Shown here piece by piece: positions 19,371 through 28,749 of a stretch of 64,000 nucleotides of DNA. Numbering within the stretch: position 1 is the stretch's first letter; every line of letters starts with the position of its first letter. The translations under genes were made by a program, and so were the position numbers. Location of the stretch: contig JBMLQL010000064.1 in assembly GCA_049241565.1 (NCBI GenBank), positions 8,506 to 72,505 on the forward strand, written 5' to 3'. The notes under the pieces were generated by a model that made no database searches, was not told the DNA's origin, and saw nothing but the letters and a program-made list of their open reading frames with translations. The DNA is from Bacteriovoracaceae bacterium (GTDB taxonomy: Bacteria; Bdellovibrionota; Bacteriovoracia; Bacteriovoracales; Bacteriovoracaceae).

Positions 19371-20158
19371 TATAAAATCTTCGATAAAAAGTTAGTTAAA
19401 AAGAAATCCACAATAAGAACGATAACCATTCCCCAAACCACGGCCATATTTGTTCCGCGTCCTACACCTTCAGCTCCACCGCTAACTTTAAAACCATGGT
19501 AAGTGCCAATGATGCCAATCAGGTAACCAAAAACAAATCCTTTAATCAATCCTTCCGCAATCATACTCAGTTTCATGAAGTCACCCACTTTCATCGTGTA
19601 CATGACATCATCAATGCCGAGGACTTTAACACCAATAAACCATGAGCCAAGATGACCAATGAAAAGAAAAATTCCTGTCAGCAGAGGCATAGATAACATT
19701 GCTGCGAGAATTCGAGGAACGGCGAGATATTGATAACTATTGATACCCATCACTTCGAGAGCATCAACTTGCTCAGTCACTTTCATGGTTCCGATCTGTG
19801 CGGCCATGGCAGCTCCACATCGACCGGCCACAACAAGACCGGTAAAAACGGGAGCTAACTCTTTGGCCAGAGAAATAAGAACAAGCGGGCCAATGAGTGT
19901 ATCAATATTCATGAAAGTAAAACCAAGATAGATTTGAAGAGCAAAAACCATTCCGGTAAATCCAGCAGTGAGTCCCACGATGAAAAGAGACTTGTTTCCG
20001 ATGAAATACATTTGATCCCAAAGGAGTTTCCACCGAAAAGGAGGTTTGATCGCCCAAAAGGCAGTGATAAACATGTACTGAGTGAACTCACCCAGGCCAT
20101 TGATGGTGTCTAAAATCGACTGACCTAATTGTTCTATCCAATTTTTAATATAGACCAT
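19370..20158 (-). CDS. mlaE: ABC transporter permease, MlaE-like
   Basis: A 262-aa polytopic protein with an MlaE-type layout, placed directly upstream of mlaF. Confidence 0.85.
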   Translation of the reverse strand: MVYIKNWIEQLGQSILDTINGLGEFTQYMFITAFWAIKPPFRWKLLWDQMYFIGNKSLFIVGLTAGFTGMVFALQIYLGFTFMNIDTLIGPLVLISLAKELAPVFTGLVVAGRCGAAMAAQIGTMKVTEQVDALEVMGINSYQYLAVPRILAAMLSMPLLTGIFLFIGHLGSWFIGVKVLGIDDVMYTMKVGDFMKLSMIAEGLIKGFVFGYLIGIIGTYHGFKVSGGAEGVGRGTNMAVVWGMVIVLIVDFFLTNFLSKIL

Positions 20159-20161
20159 AAT

Positions 20162-21265
20162 TTATGATACAGAATAAATTCGAGGAACGCGACTACTGAC
20201 CGCACAGAGAAGCTGATAAGAGATGGTTTTCATCTGATCTGCTATATCAACTATCACTTTGGGGTCATGGTTCCACAACTCTATTATTTCTGATGCCTTT
20301 ATATTGGGAAAATCTGCTGTTTTAAAAAATAAAAAACTAAGATCCATATTCACACGTGCAAAAAGCTGACAAGCAGCTCCCTTCACCGTGAGACGAGTTC
20401 CGCTAGCATAAGTGAGAACACCATCTCCATACCCCAAGGGAAGAATCACCACAACGCCATCGTCTCCGGCCACATGATTACCGTAGCCCACGGGCGTTCC
20501 CTTTTTAATCTCCATGACCTTCATCACTTTAGACTGAAGCATGGAAATATTATGGCCACCGTTCTCAGCTCCCGCATACATCATGATGCCAGGACGGACA
20601 AAACTCTCCTCAACACCAAAGCGTTGTGAAATGGCCCCAGAATTGGCCACTGAAGTTGTTTTAATTGAAAGACCTTGAGATTCAAAAAAGGCTTTTGCTT
20701 CCTTGAACATTTCGTACTGACGGTGAGTGCGGTCTCCCGCTTTCAATTTCATATCTGCACAAGCAAAGTGAGTCATCAGATGTTCAATTTCAAAACGATT
20801 ATTTTTTTTGAGAACCGAGACAAGATCTCTCCACTCCTCTTTACTTACACCTAAGCGATTCATTCCTGTGTTGAGTTTGATCACCAGAGGTAATCTTTTA
20901 AAGCTCATATCCTCCACGACTCTTTTCACATCAGTGACTTGATGAAGGACGGGAAGAACATCGTGATAAAGATAAAACTGTGAATACTCTGGATGCAAAA
21001 TTTCAGTATCAGAGAAAACATAAACCCTGGCCGGGAATGCAGGCTCGTCTTTAATCAATGTCATCGCCTCACCGAGAGAGGCGACACCTATTTGCTGAAT
21101 TTTTAATTCATGGGCCAGAAACTTTGCCACAGGTAAAAGCCCATGCCCATAAGCATTGGCCTTCACCATAGGAAGAATTTGGCTCGCCGGAGCGAGACTC
21201 TGAATATGCTTAATATTTTCCGCGAGTAACGGAAAACTCACGATTAGTTGAGAACTATGTCGCAT
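20162..21265 (-). CDS. alr: alanine racemase
   Basis: PLP-lysine motif MVKANAYGHG and a size of 367 aa. Confidence 0.85.
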   Translation of the reverse strand: MRHSSQLIVSFPLLAENIKHIQSLAPASQILPMVKANAYGHGLLPVAKFLAHELKIQQIGVASLGEAMTLIKDEPAFPARVYVFSDTEILHPEYSQFYLYHDVLPVLHQVTDVKRVVEDMSFKRLPLVIKLNTGMNRLGVSKEEWRDLVSVLKKNNRFEIEHLMTHFACADMKLKAGDRTHRQYEMFKEAKAFFESQGLSIKTTSVANSGAISQRFGVEESFVRPGIMMYAGAENGGHNISMLQSKVMKVMEIKKGTPVGYGNHVAGDDGVVVILPLGYGDGVLTYASGTRLTVKGAACQLFARVNMDLSFLFFKTADFPNIKASEIIELWNHDPKVIVDIADQMKTISYQLLCAVSSRVPRIYSVS

Positions 21266-21270
21266 AATAA

Positions 21271-22704
21271 TTAAAGTGTCAGCCCGCGAGATCTTTCTCT
21301 TTTTATAGGATTGATCGCAAATTCTGTTTCACTCGCCTCGTTCCAATCTTTCTCCATTACACGTAAACAATACTGAGCTGAGGCCGGAAGTAATTTAATC
21401 TGCGGATAAATTTCAGATCCTAGAACCTGAGCATCATCTTCAAAAAATCTCCAATAAGAAAATTGTCTGAGAATAGTTTGAATACGAATATGTTCTGCCT
21501 CTAATTTTTCTTTTTCAACGAAGACAACAATTTGTCCAGGACCAAGCACACTTAAACGAGATGATTGATCGAGCTTCTGAGTTAGTGAACTGAAAAATTC
21601 ATGATAGAAAGCACTCCAGTAGAAGCGATTATTCTGGCGACGCTTAATCGTTTGAAGAAGTGAAGTCATAGAGATAAAGATAATTTTTCCACTCTCTTCA
21701 CCGGCCTGAGCTTGCCAGCGATCCATCAGCTCCATGGCTTCCCACATCGGAATAGCTTGAGTTGTCATTACTGGACGATTCTCTTGAAGACGAACCTGGC
21801 GATAGATCTGAGTCAGCATCAATTCAAAAACTTCCCAAGGGAAAAACTCTTCTTCATTTTTAACTGTCTCAATAAAGATCAAAGATTCTGGATTAATATC
21901 TGATCCATGAAGCTTAATTACTTTCGGTTCAGTTTCAAAAAGATCATTGGCCACTTGAAAGGCCATATCTTGAGCAAAAAATTCAATTCCCTGAGTATTT
22001 GTTTGTCCTAACCAAAGTGAAGGGAAAGGAACAAAATTTTTCTTATGCATTTCTGGCGCAATAAGTTTTTGACCATTTTGAGAAAGTTCATAAAAACCGA
22101 AATTCTTGATCATTTCCCAATTTGAAAATTTATGCGACAGGGCCTGTTGAAACTCGCCCACTGATGTTTTTGTTTCAAGATCTGAAAGGAACTCGCGAAT
22201 AAATTTGAATGAGGCCTGAAATGTTTCGGCCTTATGTCTCTCTGTCAAAAGACGACCACTACGGGCCTGAAGACGAGTGACTCTTTCTTTAAGATCATTC
22301 ATCTCTGATCGATGCGCTTTCTCACGACGGGCCGACTCAATCAATTGTCCCATCTGTAATCCAAGAGTCATGTCTTGGTGAAGGTACGCCATTGGTGCTA
22401 ATCCCAATGTTGATTGTAATAAAATCTTGGTCGATTCCTTTGAAAAGAAAGCGTAGTTCAATTGTTTGCTTATCACTTTGGGATGATTCTTAAATTGAAT
22501 CGGTCCTGAACTCATGCGAGTCACATCGATAATAGAAATATCTGGTGTCTCAATATTGACAGCAACCCAATACTCATCAAGAGTTTGGTAAAGATGAGCG
22601 AAGATTCCTTGATGACGGAGAGAGGAAGTCATCTCCTTAGCGGCCTGTAGATCATCAATTAAGATGGCCACTGTTAAATCAGATCCATGATTTGTGGTTT
22701 GCAT
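21271..22704 (-). CDS. hypothetical signalling-like protein (receiver-like N-terminus, coiled coil, possibly degenerate GGDEF-like C-terminus)
   Basis: A long ORF with only a 5-nt gap to alr. See findings for the tentative domain reading. Confidence 0.45.
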   Translation of the reverse strand: MQTTNHGSDLTVAILIDDLQAAKEMTSSLRHQGIFAHLYQTLDEYWVAVNIETPDISIIDVTRMSSGPIQFKNHPKVISKQLNYAFFSKESTKILLQSTLGLAPMAYLHQDMTLGLQMGQLIESARREKAHRSEMNDLKERVTRLQARSGRLLTERHKAETFQASFKFIREFLSDLETKTSVGEFQQALSHKFSNWEMIKNFGFYELSQNGQKLIAPEMHKKNFVPFPSLWLGQTNTQGIEFFAQDMAFQVANDLFETEPKVIKLHGSDINPESLIFIETVKNEEEFFPWEVFELMLTQIYRQVRLQENRPVMTTQAIPMWEAMELMDRWQAQAGEESGKIIFISMTSLLQTIKRRQNNRFYWSAFYHEFFSSLTQKLDQSSRLSVLGPGQIVVFVEKEKLEAEHIRIQTILRQFSYWRFFEDDAQVLGSEIYPQIKLLPASAQYCLRVMEKDWNEASETEFAINPIKRERSRGLTL

Positions 22705-22771
22705 ATCGGTCCTCCATGGCCTAGTCAGCTTTCTTGTAAAATGCTATCCTGCGCAGAGGGACTTCGACAAC

Positions 22772-23317
22772 TTATGTGTGAAAGAACTCCTCTAAAAAAG
22801 TGACTACTTGAGAACGAAGCTCACCTATTGTCCCCTTATTATTCCACCGAGTACCGACTTTCCCAAAAATCGTCTGTCTTTCCTGATAAATTCGACGCAA
22901 TTCCATCTCCCCTAGCTTAAGCAGCGGACGGGGTTCTTGCTCACTATCCAGTTTTAATCGCTCTAAACAGATCTCAAAGGGAGCCTCGAGATGAACCCAT
23001 TTCAAACTGCGACTACTCCCATAAAGCTCCCAAAGCATGGGAGTGAGAGTTCCACCTCCCAAGGCCAGAACCGCTGGAGACTCTTCTTTGAGAAAAGACT
23101 CAAAGGCCTGACGTTCTCGTTTTCGGAATTCTTCCCAGCCAAGATGCTCAATCAACTCGGCCAGGGTTTTCATCTTAGGTTTGGAGTTTTTAAGGATCAG
23201 ATCATCCAAATCTTGGATAACGGTCAGTCGCCCTTCTTGATCCCAATCTCTGATAAGGGTCAGCGCCGTGCTCTTTCCGGCCCCAGAAAACCCACAAATT
23301 AGAATTTTTTTACTCAT
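22772..23317 (-). CDS. aroK: shikimate kinase
   Basis: P-loop ILICGFSGAGKST and a size of about 180 aa. Start taken at MSKKILI. Confidence 0.75.
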   Translation of the reverse strand: MSKKILICGFSGAGKSTALTLIRDWDQEGRLTVIQDLDDLILKNSKPKMKTLAELIEHLGWEEFRKRERQAFESFLKEESPAVLALGGGTLTPMLWELYGSSRSLKWVHLEAPFEICLERLKLDSEQEPRPLLKLGEMELRRIYQERQTIFGKVGTRWNNKGTIGELRSQVVTFLEEFFHT

Positions 23318-23395
23318 AAATGATTCACTGCTTTTCAAATGGTTCGATCTTTAATAATTAAACCTTGTTTTGTTTTAACTAAAAAGGTGAATTTC

Positions 23396-23944
23396 ATGAC
23401 TACTTCTATTAAATCTCTTCCAGCCGAACTGGGCCTGCTTAAACTTCCTCTGAATGTGGAAACTGAGTTTGAGATGAATGAAGAAACTGAGGAGTGGGTA
23501 AAGAGCATTCTTCTTGAAATGAATGAGAACGCTTCTGACAAAACTCCTGCTGAAAATCTTGAGGAAACTTACCTTCATATCAGTGGGCGCATGACAAAGA
23601 AATTTACCTCTGAGAATGGGGAATATCTTCTGATGTCGGTGCGTATCCAAACTGAATATAATACAGAATGTGTTCGCACTCTTAAACCCATGTCAGAATC
23701 AATGGATCTTGAGTTTAATGTCTGTTTTATTAACGAGACTTTAGCGACAAGTGAGCTTTTTGCTGAAATCGACGAAACTTATCTTGATGGCGCTGTGTAC
23801 GAAATTTATTTCTACAATAAAAAGACCGCTAATATCCAAGAGATGATTCACGAGCAAATTTACCTAAATTACAACCAGTATCCAATACTTGACGCAGAGA
23901 GCGACATTCCGGGAGCAGTGGCGGAAGAACCCACTAAACAATAA
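23396..23944 (+). CDS. yceD: YceD/DUF177-family protein
   Basis: It sits upstream of rpmF. Stretches such as ECVRTLKPM and ANIQEMIHEQIYLNYNQYPIL are similar to E. coli YceD. AAGGTGA lies upstream of ATG 23396. Confidence 0.7.
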   Translation: MTTSIKSLPAELGLLKLPLNVETEFEMNEETEEWVKSILLEMNENASDKTPAENLEETYLHISGRMTKKFTSENGEYLLMSVRIQTEYNTECVRTLKPMSESMDLEFNVCFINETLATSELFAEIDETYLDGAVYEIYFYNKKTANIQEMIHEQIYLNYNQYPILDAESDIPGAVAEEPTKQ

Positions 23945-23956
23945 TCAAAATAATGC

Positions 23957-23984
23957 TTGGCAATTATAGGCCATGTGTTATAGA
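23957..23984 (+). promoter_or_regulatory. candidate sigma70 promoter for rpmF
   Basis: TTGGCA, then 16 nt, then TATAGA with a TGT extended -10. It lies about 60 nt upstream of the rpmF start. Confidence 0.35.
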
Positions 23985-24046
23985 TATTACTCTCATTTTT
24001 AATGAATACAGTATTTAACGATAGATAAGATAACGAGGAGTAGCTT

Positions 24047-24256
24047 GTGGCAGTACCTAAGAAAAGGGCCAGTGTTTCGAGAAAGGGTTTAAGAAGAGCC
24101 GGTCAACACCATAAATTATACAGAAAATTCCCAATGACTTGTTCAAACTGCGGCGATTACACAATGCCTCACCACGTTTGTCCTTCTTGCGGTCACTATA
24201 AAGGCAAGCAAGTTATGGAAATTAAAGTTAAAGCTCCAGCAACTGCTGAAGCCTAA
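24047..24256 (+). CDS. rpmF: 50S ribosomal protein L32
   Basis: MAVPKKRASVSRKGLRRA plus the zinc-ribbon cysteines CSNCG...CPSCG. GTG start preceded by GAGGAG. Confidence 0.9.
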   Translation: MAVPKKRASVSRKGLRRAGQHHKLYRKFPMTCSNCGDYTMPHHVCPSCGHYKGKQVMEIKVKAPATAEA

Positions 24257-24294
24257 TCTTTTGACCAAGCAAAAAATTGCAAGTAAATATAAAA

Positions 24295-24325
24295 AGCCTT
24301 CTCCACACGAGAAGGCTTTTTTTTT
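24295..24325 (+). terminator. rho-independent terminator after rpmF
   Basis: Stem AGCCTTCTC / GAGAAGGCT with a 5-nt loop, followed by a run of 9 T. Confidence 0.8.
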
Positions 24326-24340
24326 GACCAAGGATCTGAA

Positions 24341-25342
24341 ATGAAAATGTTTCGCACCAAGATTCTAGGCACGGGTAGCTTTGTTCCAGATAAAATTCTG
24401 ACGAATGATGATATAGCTAAACGTGTTGAGACGAACCACCAATGGATCGTTGAAAGAACAGGAATTCATACGAGAAGAATTTCCGACCCTTCTAAAGATG
24501 AACTTCCAAGTGGAATGGCAGCTAAAGCGGCGATAAGGGCCCTTGAGATGGCCAACCTCACTCCAAATGATATCGATCTTATTCTCTTCTCCGTCACTAT
24601 CCCTGACATGTTTTTTCCTAACACCGCGTCTGTCCTTCAAGAAAAACTTGGGATGACAAACAACTGCGCGTGCTTGGATGTAAACGCCGCTTGTTCTGGC
24701 TGGATCTACGCCTACCCTATGGCCGATGCTCTTATCAAAACTGGTGTCTACAAACACATCATGATGGTGGGCTGTGAGATGACCAGTGGTTTTAATAACT
24801 GGGATGATCGCAACACTTGTATTCTCTTTGGTGATGGATGTGGTGTGACGATAATGGGACGCTCTTCTGAAAATGAAGATGCACAAGTTTACAGTACTGT
24901 CCTCTCTTCTGATTCGACGAAAAAAGATCACCTTATTCTTCATGCTGGTGGAGCCGCTAAGCCGATCCGCGAAGAAGTTCTTAAAAATAATGAGCAGTGG
25001 GTTTCAATGAACGGCCAGGAAGTTTTCAAGGCCGCCGTCAAAACCATGGCCAGCCATTGTGAAAAACTTCTTCAAGAAACAGGAATCACTCTTGATCAGG
25101 TAAAATGGTTTATTCCTCACCAGGCCAATCTTCGTATTATTGAGGCCACGGCCAATCGTCTGAATTTCCCGATGGAAAAAGTTGCGATCAATGTGGATAA
25201 ATATGCCAATACTTCATCGGCCAGTATTCCTATCGCTCTTGATGATTTTGTCCGTGATGGAAAAATTCAGAGAGGAGATATTGTTCTGATGGCCGCTTTC
25301 GGTGCAGGACTCACCTCTGGTGCAGTATTAATTAAGTATTAA
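24341..25342 (+). CDS. fabH: 3-oxoacyl-ACP synthase III
   Basis: Contains NAACSGW (catalytic Cys), HQAN and GAGLT. Confidence 0.9.
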   Translation: MKMFRTKILGTGSFVPDKILTNDDIAKRVETNHQWIVERTGIHTRRISDPSKDELPSGMAAKAAIRALEMANLTPNDIDLILFSVTIPDMFFPNTASVLQEKLGMTNNCACLDVNAACSGWIYAYPMADALIKTGVYKHIMMVGCEMTSGFNNWDDRNTCILFGDGCGVTIMGRSSENEDAQVYSTVLSSDSTKKDHLILHAGGAAKPIREEVLKNNEQWVSMNGQEVFKAAVKTMASHCEKLLQETGITLDQVKWFIPHQANLRIIEATANRLNFPMEKVAINVDKYANTSSASIPIALDDFVRDGKIQRGDIVLMAAFGAGLTSGAVLIKY

Positions 25343-25354
25343 AAGGATATTGAT

Positions 25355-26302
25355 ATGAAGGTCACTCTTCTCTTCCCAGGGCAAGGAGCTCAGTACGTGG
25401 GCATGGGAAACAATCTTAAAGATGCTCCTGTGTATTCTTATTTTAAAAAAGCTGATGAGATTTTAAATTATTCAATTTCAGTAATGTGTGCTGAAGGGCC
25501 TGAAGATAAACTCAAGCTCACAGAAAATACTCAACCGGCCATCGTCACTCATTCTGTGGCCCTTTTTGAAAAACTAAAACCAATTCTTGCGGCCAAAAAT
25601 ATTGAGATCGCTCAAGTTCTTGGCCACTCTGTGGGCGAGTATGCGGCTCTTGTTGCTGCTGGGGTGATGAAATTTGAAGACGCCGTGAAAGCGGTTCACC
25701 TTCGTGGAAAATATATGCAAGAAGCAGTTCCTGTCGGACAAGGAAAGATGATTGCAATTTTAAAACTTGATGGAGATATTGTGAAAGAAGCTTGTCGAAA
25801 AGCTTCAACGGCAGACTCTCAAGTGATGCCTGCTAATTTTAATGATCCCAAACAAATTGTTATTTCAGGTCATGCTGAAGCTTGTGATCAAGCGGTGAAA
25901 TGGTTAGAAGAAAATGTTAAAGAAAGGTTTGGAGCTATTCCTCTTCAGGTTTCTGCTCCTTTCCATTCAGCTTTGATGAAACCTGCGGCTGAAAAGATGA
26001 CTCAAGTTCTATCTGATATTCAGCTTACTCCTAATAAACTTCCTTACATCGCCAATATTGATGCTAAAAAATATGAAGCAGGAACTGAAGCGGATAAAAT
26101 TCGCAAAAATCTTATCGATCAAGTTTGTGGTTCAGTTCTTTGGACTCAGTCGATTCAAGAAATCGGCGCGACTTCGAAGTTTATTGAAGTCGGCCCAGGA
26201 AAAGTCTTGGCCGGACTTGTAAAACGTATTATCCCAGATGCCCAAGTTCTGTCTTTAGATACCCCAGAATCATTTGAAAAATTAGAGGAGTTCCTCGCAT
26301 GA
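25355..26302 (+). CDS. fabD: malonyl-CoA:ACP transacylase
   Basis: Contains FPGQGAQ and GHSVGEY. Confidence 0.9.
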   Translation: MKVTLLFPGQGAQYVGMGNNLKDAPVYSYFKKADEILNYSISVMCAEGPEDKLKLTENTQPAIVTHSVALFEKLKPILAAKNIEIAQVLGHSVGEYAALVAAGVMKFEDAVKAVHLRGKYMQEAVPVGQGKMIAILKLDGDIVKEACRKASTADSQVMPANFNDPKQIVISGHAEACDQAVKWLEENVKERFGAIPLQVSAPFHSALMKPAAEKMTQVLSDIQLTPNKLPYIANIDAKKYEAGTEADKIRKNLIDQVCGSVLWTQSIQEIGATSKFIEVGPGKVLAGLVKRIIPDAQVLSLDTPESFEKLEEFLA

Positions 26303-27057
26303 AAGCCATCTTTTCAGACTTAGAAAATAAAATCGTTCTCGTCACTGGTGCTACCCGTGGGATTGGTAAGACCATCGCTCTTACTCTTGCGGCCCAAAAA
26401 GCTCACGTCGTTTTTAATCACCGTAATAATCCTGAATCAGCTCAAGCTCTAGCTGGAGAAATTGAGAAGGCTGGTGGGAAGGCCACAGCTCTTAATTTTG
26501 ATATTACTGATACTGCTCAAGTGCAAAAGGAGCTGGATGAGTTTATGAAAACTCATGGCCCTATTACAGGTCTCGTGAACAACGCAGGAAAATCAAAAGA
26601 TCAGCTTTTGTTACGAGTAAAAGAAACAGACATCGAAGACATCATTAATACAAATCTTAAGGCCACGATGGTTTTAACAAATCATTTAGTGAAAACCTTT
26701 ATGCGTGCAGAAAATGTTTCTATTGTGAATATGAGCTCGATTGTTGGCCTTATGGGAAATGTGGCCCAGTCTAATTATGCTGCTTCAAAAGCAGGGCTGA
26801 TTGGCTATACAAAAGCTGTGGCCAAAGAACTGGCCAGTCGCAATGTTCGTGCCAACGCTATCTGCCCAGGTTTTATTGCCACAGATATGACGGATGCCCT
26901 GACTGACAAAGCAAAAGAAGAATACTTTAATAACATACCGCTCAAAAGGTTTGGGACTACTGAGGAAGTAGCTAATTTAACATGCTTTCTCTTAAGCCAG
27001 GCCTCTGGATATATTACAGGGGAAGTCATTAAGATTGACGGCGGATTGTATATTTAA
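26299..27057 (+). CDS. fabG: 3-oxoacyl-ACP reductase
   Basis: Contains TGATRGIG and YAASKAG. ATGA overlap with fabD. Confidence 0.9.
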   Translation: MKAIFSDLENKIVLVTGATRGIGKTIALTLAAQKAHVVFNHRNNPESAQALAGEIEKAGGKATALNFDITDTAQVQKELDEFMKTHGPITGLVNNAGKSKDQLLLRVKETDIEDIINTNLKATMVLTNHLVKTFMRAENVSIVNMSSIVGLMGNVAQSNYAASKAGLIGYTKAVAKELASRNVRANAICPGFIATDMTDALTDKAKEEYFNNIPLKRFGTTEEVANLTCFLLSQASGYITGEVIKIDGGLYI

Positions 27058-27093
27058 TAAAACTGTCTATCTCGAATTTTGGAGGATACTTTA

Positions 27094-27327
27094 ATGGAAT
27101 TACAAGAAAAAGTGATTAAGCTCGTTTCTGAAGCGACAAAAATGGATGCTGGTAATATCAGCTTAGGCACTAGTTTTATCGATGACCTCAATCTAGATTC
27201 TCTAGATATGGTTGAACTTATGATGAAGATGGAAGATGAGTTCGGCGTAGAGATTCCAGAAGATGAGACTGAGAATCTTAAGTCAATCGGTGATGTTGTT
27301 AACTACCTTAAAACAAAACAACAATAA
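27094..27327 (+). CDS. acpP: acyl carrier protein
   Basis: Phosphopantetheine site LDSLDMVEL. GGAGGA lies 7 nt upstream of ATG 27094; the track's start at 27079 falls just before this SD. Confidence 0.9.
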   Translation: MELQEKVIKLVSEATKMDAGNISLGTSFIDDLNLDSLDMVELMMKMEDEFGVEIPEDETENLKSIGDVVNYLKTKQQ

Positions 27328-27350
27328 TTAAAAAATTTGATCTATTATGC

Positions 27351-27376
27351 GAAAGCCTCCTTTATTGGAGGCTTTC
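27351..27376 (+). terminator. intercistronic hairpin or partial terminator between acpP and fabF
   Basis: Stem GAAAGCCTCC / GGAGGCTTTC with a 6-nt loop, followed by CAGTTTTT. Confidence 0.5.
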
Positions 27377-27394
27377 CAGTTTTTAGAGGCCATT

Positions 27395-28642
27395 ATGAAA
27401 ATTAATCGTGTTGCCATTACAGGTATTGGAACTCTCTGCGGACTTGGAAATAATACAGAAGAAGTATGGAAAAATGCTCTTGCTGGAAAATCTGGGATCT
27501 CTACGATTGAGCGCCAAAATACAGAAAACTGGCCAGTGACATTCGCTGGTGAAGTTAAAAACTTTAGTCTTAATCCCGCTCTGATGGAACTTAAAGATCA
27601 AGATCGTTTTGATCTTTTTAATCAATATGCTCTTCACGCTGGTTCAGAGGCCATCAATCAAGCTGGTCTCACTGAAGCTGGCTATGACGCCGGAAAAATC
27701 GGTGTGATCTTTGGAACTGGTCTGGGTGGTTTCCCTCATATCGAAAAAAATCATCAAATCTTTTTAGAGAAAGGGGCCCGCAGAGTTTCTCCTTTTTTTA
27801 TTCCTTCTGTGATTCCGAATATGGGGCCTGGTCTTCTTTCGATTCACTACGGTTTTAAAGGGATTAATTTCTCTATTGCTTCTGCTTGTGCCTCTTCAGC
27901 TCATGCTATTGGTGTAGCTGCGACTGAAATCATGCTTGGAAGACAAGATGCTGTGATCACCGGTGGAACTGAAGCCGTGATCACGGGGTATACCATTGCT
28001 GGGTTTGCTTCCATGAAAGCTCTTTCAAAAAGAAATGAAGAGCCTACTCGTGCCTCTCGTCCTTTTGATACTGGACGTGATGGCTTTGTGATGGGTGAAG
28101 GCGCCGGAATCATCGTTCTCGAAAACTTAGAAAAAGCTAAGGCCCGTGGAGCGAAAATTATTGCTGAGGTTATTGGTTTCGGCGCCAGTGCAGATGCTCA
28201 CCATATCACTGCTCCTCACCCAGAAGGACTAGGTGCTTTGATTTGTATGAACCAAGCGCTAGAGCTTTCAGGTATTCCAAAAGAAGAAATTGGTTACGTG
28301 AATGCTCACGGAACTTCAACTCCTCAAGGTGATATTGCTGAGACTGAAGCAATCAAAAAAGTTTTTGGTTCTCACGCTCACAAACTTCATGTCAGCTCAA
28401 CAAAATCAATGACAGGACATCTTCTTGGAGCTGCTGGTGGACTGGAATCTATCTTCTGTATCAAGGCCCTTGAGACAGGAATCCTTCCTCCGACTATCAA
28501 TCTTGAAAATCAAGATCCTCAGTGTGATCTGGACTATGTGGCCAATAAGCCCCTTAAAAAAGATATCATGTTTGCACTAAATAATTCCTTTGGTTTTGGT
28601 GGAACAAACTCGTCGACCATCTTCAAAAAATACGTTTCTTAA
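27395..28642 (+). CDS. fabF: 3-oxoacyl-ACP synthase II
   Basis: Begins MKINRVAITGIG and carries ACASSAH, HGTSTP and GHLLGAAG. The track's earlier start would run through the hairpin. Confidence 0.9.
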   Translation: MKINRVAITGIGTLCGLGNNTEEVWKNALAGKSGISTIERQNTENWPVTFAGEVKNFSLNPALMELKDQDRFDLFNQYALHAGSEAINQAGLTEAGYDAGKIGVIFGTGLGGFPHIEKNHQIFLEKGARRVSPFFIPSVIPNMGPGLLSIHYGFKGINFSIASACASSAHAIGVAATEIMLGRQDAVITGGTEAVITGYTIAGFASMKALSKRNEEPTRASRPFDTGRDGFVMGEGAGIIVLENLEKAKARGAKIIAEVIGFGASADAHHITAPHPEGLGALICMNQALELSGIPKEEIGYVNAHGTSTPQGDIAETEAIKKVFGSHAHKLHVSSTKSMTGHLLGAAGGLESIFCIKALETGILPPTINLENQDPQCDLDYVANKPLKKDIMFALNNSFGFGGTNSSTIFKKYVS

Positions 28643-28644
28643 TT

Positions 28645-28671
28645 AATCAGAGGACCTAGCGTCCTCTGATT
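28645..28671 (+). terminator. hairpin terminator after fabF
   Basis: 11-bp stem AATCAGAGGAC / GTCCTCTGATT with a 5-nt loop and an AT-rich tail (ATTAATTTA), not a clean T-run. Confidence 0.55.
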
Positions 28672-28749
28672 ATTAATTTATGACGCCGCTCTCTCTATCG
28701 ACTTTTTCCCAAGAAAGTGATGAAATAGAAGCTCCAAGGAGCTTTTTCT

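Noticed and set aside
24365-24943. 192-aa ORF antisense to fabH.
   Set aside because: It is fully embedded in a confidently identified fabH gene. Its Arg/Ser/Val-rich composition is typical of antisense frames, and it has no start context.
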